A stretch of 64,000 nucleotides of DNA from Amoebophrya sp. A120. Its lineage: Eukaryota; Protista; Dinoflagellata. Location of the stretch: assembly GCA_905178155.1 (NCBI GenBank), contig CAJINV010000017.1:1686139-1750138 (forward strand). Direction: 5' to 3'. Numbering within the stretch: position 1 is the stretch's first letter; the number at the start of each line of letters is the position of its first letter. Below are positions 53,701-62,700 of the stretch, piece after piece. The translations under genes were made by a program, and so were the position numbers. The notes below the pieces were generated by a model that saw only the letters and a program-made list of their open reading frames with translations, had not been told where the DNA came from and did no database searches.

Positions 53701-56700
53701 CGCTGGTGTTAAAAACCGCGGCCCTTCGAAGTGTAGGTATCCCCGGAACTCTTTGAAATCATTCAACGCTCCGCAACTCCCGACTTGGCAGTTGCAAATT
53801 GTGTAGATGCTTCCCGCGTTCACCATACCGGTGTCGTTTTCGTTCCCGTACCCCCCGGACAAATAAGAACTTTCCAAATCCAGCACCGTGCAGGGCCTCG
53901 GGCCCACCACCATCGCGTCGACGTTCGTTGTCGTCAGAGCGGCACTGTCAAATTGCCCACAGGTTTGCTGCCCGGGAGCGATTACCCACAAGCCGCGGTC
54001 TTTCGTGCTGCCAAAAGCGGATAAGCCGGAAACGGTGTACACTGCCTTTTCGAAGGACAGTTGGTGAAAAACACACTTCGCGTCCTCAAAGCCACACGTC
54101 TGGATGTTCAACTGCGAGCCGGCCAAGGCGCTGGAATCGGCGATATCGATTAAAACGGTGGCGACTTGAACCGAGGACGTGACGGTCAAGTTAGCCGAAG
54201 AAAGAAACGTGGTCACGGTGCTGTCCTGAAGGATTAAATTTGTGATGCTGGCGGACATGGTGGCCGAGGACAAACTGTCGTTCGTCGCGGCTTGGAAACT
54301 GGTCAAAATCGAGTTCGCAGAGGCTTGGGGTGCGATGATCGTGAAAACAGTGGTTGCAGATGCCGTTGTTTGCGCCAGTTGCCGCCTTGTTGCAGAAGGT
54401 GGTGGATCTTGTTGCTTTCCTTTTTTGCCTTTGATGTCTTTCCCCTTTTTATTCATCTTCCCGGAGGTGCCTTTGTGTTCTTGAGATAATTGCTGAAGAT
54501 CTCCAACTTCTTCTTCTTCTCCCAACAGTCTCCTCGAGATTCCGCTCCACGTGAAAGAGAACGTCGTCGAAACCCCATTTTCGCCACTGCTGCTGGTGCA
54601 ATTCCCCACGTTGCTGAAGGTTCCTGCTTCTATCAACGGTGCACAGGCGACTTCCTTCACGGCCACTTCCAGCGCATTCTTCAAAGCGACCTTCTCCCCG
54701 GCGGAGAGAGAATCCGGGTAATTCAACGAATTCGAAAACGTCGACTCCGCCTTGGCCGTGGTAAACGCCACGTTGGTGATGTTGAAACTGGCCAGCGTTG
54801 TGAAGACCCCGTGCTGCAGTTTGTAGCAAAGCTGGTATTCGGTAACGGAAGCGGTTTCCGCGAGCCCTTTATCGATCGACACTTGACTCCAAACAACCTC
54901 CTGGATCCGGTCGCTGTAGGGGTTGTTCACGTTCGTGGACGCGGACGTGTTTGTTAACACTTGCACCCCGCCAGCCGCGGTGAATACATAGGGCTGGACG
55001 CCCCCGGGGTAAGCGCAGTCGGGTGTGATGAGAAATTCGTCCGTGGTACTGTCGTAAGCGAAGAAAGAAAGCCGGATATCCAACAAATTTGGGTTCAGTG
55101 CGTTCGCCGCGGTGAGCAACAGCGAGCTCGACACATCAAAGTTGTCATGCGCAGAGGTCGTGGATGAGCTCGAACTACTCCCCGCGGGGGCCCCGCTCGA
55201 CGGCGTGAAAAAGTCCACCCGTAGCGGCCCGCGCACTTCGAACTCTGTGAGTTGAAACGTCTGCTCCACTGGGTTAGAAAAGCTGGACAGGAAACACAGG
55301 TGGTACGTGCCCGCGAAGGGGACGGCTAAGTCGGTGTACTGCAGGACTGTGTCGGTCGAGGCGGCGGTGTTGATGAAATCACTTGTCAAATAAACCCGCC
55401 CCAGAACGTCCTGTTTCAAGCTGTCGACCGGGTTCAAATACAGCTTCGAACTGTTGAACTGGGCCAGGTCCGCAGTGCTGTTAAAGTTGTTCGCAAAGTA
55501 CATTTCGTTGTTCATGCAGCTTTGGTTCCCGGACTCGATCCAAAACCTGCCGTCGCGGGAAAATTCGGTGATGTTTAAACCGTTGCCCAGAATTTGAATG
55601 CTGAACTTTTCCGTGATCTTCGGGCTGCTCGGCCCGTTCGGCACGGTTGTCGTGTACTGCATACTCGCGCTGTTCACTCCGTGAATATCGAAGTTGGAGA
55701 TAACGTACTGCTGACCGCTGAACCCGGGGAGGCAAAGCGCGTACTTCCCGCCATTATGAAATGCAAATATGTCTGGGTCTGGAAGAATGCAAGCTTTGTG
55801 ATGCAGGTTTTCCATGACCCATGAGGTCTGGAATGTGAGACCTGGCATGACAGATTCTTTGAGGTCTCTATCATGCCTTTCCTGCGTGAGAAACTCCCTC
55901 TCAACTTGGTCAAAAGCGGACAGCTTTTGGCACTCACGCAACACAGATTTTTGATTTTGCATCATTCAGATTTAGCATGACAAGTTCTAATCTTCCAGAC
56001 CCAGAGGACATTTTTGCATTTGATACCCATTCAAAGTCGACGATACTTGGTATGTGAAGCGGACCCCATCGTTCACCGTGTACTCCAAATCCGAAAGAAA
56101 ATAGGCCGCGCCGGAGTAACTGCTTGTCGGATTCACCACCGCAGCGTCAAACACGTTCACGTGCTGTGGGATCATCCAGAAGGAGGGGGCCAGGGAGGAG
56201 GTCACTTGGGTGCCGAAGGGGGGCAGACGGAGGAAATGGGGCGTATCGTCCGGGCACGTATCGGAATTCTGGAGCGCGGAGACCGTGTAGAGCGTGCCAT
56301 TGTAATTCGTTGTCGCAACTTGTTGCGCAAGCGTGCCGCCGGAGCTGCTGACCGCGGTGTTTGCGCAAATCGCATTGTCGTAGTGGAGACCAGACGCCGT
56401 TTCGCGGTTGACCACCGTCATGGTAGGGCTGTCCGCCGTGAGATTTGCGGTCTGCAGGTTCGTTCCCTGAATCTCAACACTGAAGGAACAGGCCAGGGAA
56501 CCGGACCTCTATGCACAGTAATTAATTTACCGTACAACTACCCGTACAAATTCTGCGCCGGCTTCTGCGGGACAAATGTTAGTTACGCTTCGACCCTCGT
56601 CTGCAGACGCATGAGAAGTGTTTCTGATTCTACTTTAAGATGGCGGAAAAATTTAAGTATTGTCATGCATTTTGTAGGTGGTGTACGGAAAATTTGTAAA

Positions 56701-59700
56701 TTGCATAGCCGCTGTGACCAGGCGCCGTCACTGAACTCGAAGAATCTGGAGGGCTGCGGCATGGTACAGAGGTTCGTGGGGATTGCCTGAAAAGAGGAAG
56801 AGGAGGTGAAAGCTAGACCACTACTTGGCAGCGCCCGATTCACCACCCCTGTTGTGCTGCTACCACCCTCGTACGTGGAAAGCGCCCCTGGGATTCCGGT
56901 TCCTGAAGAGGAGAACCGCGGCCCCTCGACGTGAACGTACCCTTTCGTCACCGAAAAGAAGTCGCTGCGTCCTGTGGAAAAACGTCCCCGCTCCAGAGTC
57001 AGCATGGGAATGCTGCTGCGGAAATCAACAAGCTTTGGCTGTTGCGTATGACAAGATCAGAGGGCTTGCAGTGTAATCGGGTATAGCTAGCGCAGCCGCC
57101 TCTTCTTCATACTACATCGAGCATCCTATTCTCATGCTGGAGTCACAAACTGCCAGACAGCACTAGAGAATGCTCCTCTTCCTCATGGGACGACGCAGGG
57201 CAAACATTTGAGGCTTGCGGATTTGCATGACAAGTCTGGGGTGCTGGGGACGTTTTTTTTACACAGGATACGCTGCTCGTCAGACTCTTCGTCGTTTTCG
57301 TTTCCGGGCTGCAAATGGTGAAGATACTCCCCACCGGAATGCGGTTTGCCCGTTTCAGGTAAAAAACCCGGTCCGTTGCTTCCTGCGTGCTCGCGCCGAT
57401 TTGCGTGTAGACCCGGCAGCGAGCAGAAGTGTCAGTCGTCAAAAAGCTGTAGTCGAAGCCGAGGCAGTTGGCCGTGCTCTCACACATGGCGGCGCAGGCA
57501 GTGACGGCTGGTGTTACAGTGGTTTTCCTTCTAGTTTTTCTTTCCCCGGCGATGAATGAAACATGATTTTATTGAAATCATGTTCATAGGCACGCAGAGG
57601 CAGACGCGTGGTCGACGTTCATTATCATTTCATACTATTACTAGACCTATTCCTGAAAAAATAAAAAGCAACAAAAAGAAAAAAGTCATTTACACGTCGC
57701 CGGATCTGCTCTGGCGCAGATCCACCCGTTCTCCACAATTTGGTCTGTGCACCGGACGTGCTCCAAGTACCCTCGTTGCGCCACAAACGGCATATAGTCA
57801 TGGTTCGCCGCCGTTCTTCCGCCGCCGATCGCCACGGCCGGCCAATCGTTGGCCGCGACGGTCGACCCATAGACCTTGTGGGAAGGCGTCGCCGTGAAAC
57901 CCGTCAAGTCATTGCACGATTTTTTCCCGACGACTAACGGGTAGGGAAAGTAGGTGTTTGTTACCGCTGAAGTATTCATTGTCGCACAATCCACAACTCC
58001 GTCGAAGAGCTTGATCAGAGCAGAATCCGGCGAGGAGGAGGAGAAAACGTCGTCTTCTACTGCGCTAGAAGTTGCACTGGAAATACTGCCCGTCGTCTGT
58101 TTTGCGGTGTAGAAATCTTTCTCGACCGCTAGGTCCCGCAAAACACACGCTTCCACAAACCCCGGCGTCTGATCGCCGGCGACGCAGGTGATGATTTCCA
58201 ACCCGGCTTGCTGTCCCGTCAGCTATCCTATGTAAACACGTCGTCCCGACCACAAAGTCATAGTGGGGATCTCGCAACACAAACTCAGCAGCCTGGGGAG
58301 TCACGCGTGACAAGCTTCTCTTCGTAGTGTAGTGCAGTTTAGCAATGACAGCCACATCAGAAAGCCATCTCCTTTATGCTGATTTTTACAGCATTACAAA
58401 TTCCGAAACACGTTTGAAAATTTCTCTCATATTGATGGGCATGTGCAGCACAATTCTCCCTGTAGCTGCACATCAGCGTGACAACTCTGAGGTGGGAACT
58501 TTTTTACACAGGATATCAGCGTGAAATTCCCGATCTGCTCGAACGTCCCGTTTGTCGCCAGCGAATTGCGCCTATGGAAGTGTCAGGATCGAAATTGGAA
58601 AAGTCGAAAGAATTTGCAATGCATAAAGTCGATGCCTCCAGTTGGGCCTGCAGTTGCCTCCAATGGGCGCATGACAAATTTTCCTGGCCTCTGAAGCAAG
58701 TCTGTCATGCTGTTTCGGGCAAGACGAGGACCCCCCCTGTCATGCTAGCCTGCAGCCCATCAATTCTTGCTCATGACCAGCATTACAATCTGCCTCCCTA
58801 CTTGTGTCCTCTGCAATGGGAGTCCGTCTTTGCGTCGCATAATTTTATGCATGGCAAATTATTTCAACTTTGTCGATTTTGAACCTGACACATCCATATC
58901 GCCAGCAGATTTCGTAACTCCGCTCCCCCCTCGCCAGCTTCACGTTTGCGAAGCTGATCGTCGTGGTGTTTTCCGCCAGTTGCTGGCCCGTCTGAGCGAC
59001 CACCGTCGCATCCGCCTGGCTGGTCAGGATGCCGCCTCGCGGGTGCAAGTAGGATTCCACGTTGGAGCAGTCGTTGGCGATCAGAATCTCGTCACCATAA
59101 GTTGCTGTTGACGAACTGTCCCACCCGACAAAGTTGATGTTCAGTGTGAAGGAGGACGCGGCTGGGAAGGACAAAGTAGGGGTAGTACTAGGAGAAGCAG
59201 CACCGGAATATGATGCGACGGACGCAGGAGGAACAGCGGCGTCAAATTGAAGTGAAATCCCCTGTGGGCCACGGATGTCGAATGTTAGCAGAGATTCCAC
59301 GGTGGTAACGTTCGGGAGTGAAGAGGTAGATGAACTGGACGAAGTGCCAGTACTGCTGCTAGCACCTCCTCTTGTGCTGTTCTGCGGGTTGAATTGGGTC
59401 ACCTTGATTTCAAACCCGTACAACTGCAGTCCCTCCAACGTGGATGTTGTTGATGGTGCTCCATCTTGCTGCGCCGGCTTGAAAGCGAAGAAGTTCCGGG
59501 GGCCCGCGTTTGCAAGAGAACCCGGTACCGCGATCCAGGGGGAATATTTTCTCGGCTCAGAGCCTGAAACATTAAACGCCTCAAACGGAACGAGAATCGG
59601 GTCACCGAAGGCAATTGACGCTGCTGCGGTCGTCTCAGGGGTTGAAGTAGTTGCGGAACTACTAGCATTCATCCCGTCCTCCGTTTCATTTGACACGTTG

Positions 59701-62700
59701 TTTGCCAGGTCGGTGTCATTAGTGCCTCCTGCAGAATCAAGGTCTGCTCCACTTGAACTTCCGCTTGAGATCAAGTAGTGAAAATTGTTACTCGTGTTCA
59801 TGGCAAAGCCATTCAAAAACACCTGCGCAAACGCGGTCGCGTTCTCTGGTGTCGCGGCGCTTTGTTCTCCCATTCCCATCGAAGAAGCGGTTGCGTTCCA
59901 GGAGTACAGAAGTCTTATTTCAACGTCTTGGTAAGGAGCGCAGTTCGCGACACGCCATTCCGCAGAATCGGACTCGGAGGAACCGTATTGGAAATACCAA
60001 CCGGAGTCTTCATTTGTTGAAGATGGGAATAAATCTGCCGCCTGACTGACCGTACCGCCAGTGCTGTAAAACCGCGTAGAGAAAACCGGAAAATTTGCGG
60101 AGCAGTTGGCCGCTGCTGCACCACTAGAAGTGCCCGACGCCGACGCGGCATCAGCAGTACTAGAAACTACGGGTTCCACCACACCAGTGACGGCCAGCGG
60201 GTTGCTATAGCAGACTTGATAGCGCCCCGCGAACGGAATTTCCAACCGATCAAACACAAGTTCTGCGTCCGAACTCTGGCTCAGTTTCTCTTGCGAAAGT
60301 TCCAACCGGCCGGAAACGGTCTTCAACGTTGAATCAGCAGCGGCTTCTAGTGTGAGAGTTGTCTGTGATGTTGCACTCATTTGCTCATCGCACACGGCAT
60401 GTCCGCTTTGCACCCACATTGCTCCGGACTCGAAGAGGGAACCGCGTATCTGGTCGAACCCGAACCCGGTCACCCGGACGGAGAATTTTTCATCCACAGA
60501 CGGGTAGTGCTGGTTTGGGTTTGTACTTGAGTAAAGCAAAAACGCGGAGTTCACTCCCCGGACCTCTAGCTTCCGCACGGGGTAGGCATGTCCAGAATTG
60601 TCGCCCGTGCCGTAGCTCTTTCCTTTCAAGCACACACTGTACCGCCCAGCGGCGAAATCTGACAGGTCCAATGGTGGGAGAAACGCGTCGACCAGCAGCG
60701 AGTTTGCGGTGTCGCGGCTGCTCGCCGGAGCTGTGACAAAGTTGAGATTTGTGGATGGCGTGGAGGAGGACGTGTAGTTTGTCGCAGCGCTAGGTGTCGC
60801 TGTGCTGTCGAACTCGTAAACACTCGTGGGCGAGGCTTGGTTGCCGCAGAAAGTGATCAAGCGACGCTGGTTGTAGTACATATTAGCACCAGGCACACTG
60901 CTCGTGGATACTGCATGATGATCGCAGCTATCCCCTCTGACAACACTCAACCAGGAAACCACCTCTGCCGCAGCAGGTTTCACCGTTTCGGGGTACAGGC
61001 TGAACCCCAATTGTTGCAAGTTGTCGCTCACGGCGGTCTCGGTGAAGGGGAGAACCAGGGGCGAAATCATAGTGTTCGACGTGCTAGTACTTGTTTGGTT
61101 GTCAACAGACGACGTGTGCACCAGCTCTGTGAACTCCAAGTTTGTTCCGGACACCGGCTCGACCAGCAACGTACAGGTGTTGGAACCGCTAGTTTTGTTG
61201 CAGTAGACCTCGGGAGGAACGAATTCCTGTGTGGTAGCTGGTGCAGCTGGTGTCGTGGCAGCAGCATTCAAGACAACTCCTTCAAACTGCAACAGCCCTG
61301 TAAAAAGGTTCGCATCGGAAACCGCAGCACAGTTCTTCCCCGCCTCGCAGGTGCACAGCGCGTAGGATTGGCCGGGAGTGACTAGGCTGGCATTGTAGGT
61401 CCAGGCGGCACACGTTGCATCTGTGCCTGTGGAGGTCCCATTCTGCTGCAAATAGATTGCCGGAAGCTCCTCGCTTGAAGAAGAGGACGCTCCGCTTTGT
61501 AAAGAAGTACTAGCCGCACAAGTGCCCGTGTCGCCGCCCGAGAAACTTGGTAGCAGCACCGCTTCGTTATTCGGCGATAAGTCTCCGATGCCGGTCAACA
61601 CGCAGGTGTTGGACTCCGCCGGACAGGTGTACAGAAGGTTGGTCTCAACAGGATTGCTGCTCGATGTTGATGAAAGTTGTGCCTGTACGACAAAGGGCAC
61701 TACGAGAAGTAGCGCAGTAAGAAACCACCTTTTTATCGCCGCTGGTCCTCCGACGAGATCTCGAAGCGAAGCTTTTGCAGAAATCGTTCTTACTTTCCTC
61801 CTCGGCGGGCAAGTGAACGGTTTCTCATTCTCTACACCGCGTTTTGGTTTCATCTGAGCAGACCGTGCTTGTAGTTGGCTTATTCCCGCGGCTGTCTCTC
61901 GCGAAATTTGGATTTGCCGTGCTTGTCGTGCTACAAAAAACGGTGACACTTTTTTCATGTTTTCGGCGTTGCTGTATTTGGTCCTCTGTGGAGATCCTGT
62001 TCCTCGTGCTGTGAACGATCTACTTCGTAGTACTGAGGGTGCTGTTCTTTTCGTGGTATCTGCGTCAAAAATCGTGCGCTCCTTCGCAGACGAGAGAATT
62101 CTGGAAATGAGCGCAGTTGTTGCGCTGATGCAGCTCCGTCCCCAGTGATCCTCTTTCTTGCTAGAAGTCCTGGTGCTACTTGTGTGCGCGCCCCTTGAAG
62201 ATTTTTTCTTGCGTCCACTTGCACGACCTCTACGCAGCGTTGATGCGATCGGATCTTCTCCATCATCCGGTAGAGCAACCGCTGCTGGTGCTGTGAGCGA
62301 GCTCCTAGTATTTCGTGCTTTCCTCTTCCTCCACTGAATCTGTTCGCGCAGGAGCTGCGTTGCGCTACTTGCGACCGGCTGTATAATAATGCAGGTCGTT
62401 TGTAGTTTTTGTTTTTCATCTTTGCTTGCAGCTGACATCGATGTAGGCTTCGACGCAATCTGCCTTCCGGCCAGAGTGCTTGTTCCGCGTCTGTTTTCAT
62501 CTCGCTCTTGTGCTGCCTGCTTCGCGGTCTCGCATGCGGACTCGTGGTTCCCTCCAATTTTAACCCTCGTCCGCTGGTCGTCTTCGTTTCCCGCATGGAA
62601 GCAGGCTCCATTCGTATTTCCAATCGTTGCATTGTCGGACGACAGCCTTCGTCGAAGTTCGGTTCTTCTTCTTGTTCTTCCGGCGATGAAATTTTGCTTC

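Noticed and set aside
8832-56025. Recurrent peptides in the ORF track (LPDPDIFAFD, KCKNVWVWK, MSGSG) as a protein motif
   Set aside because: They are translations of the family A TIR, not coding sequence.
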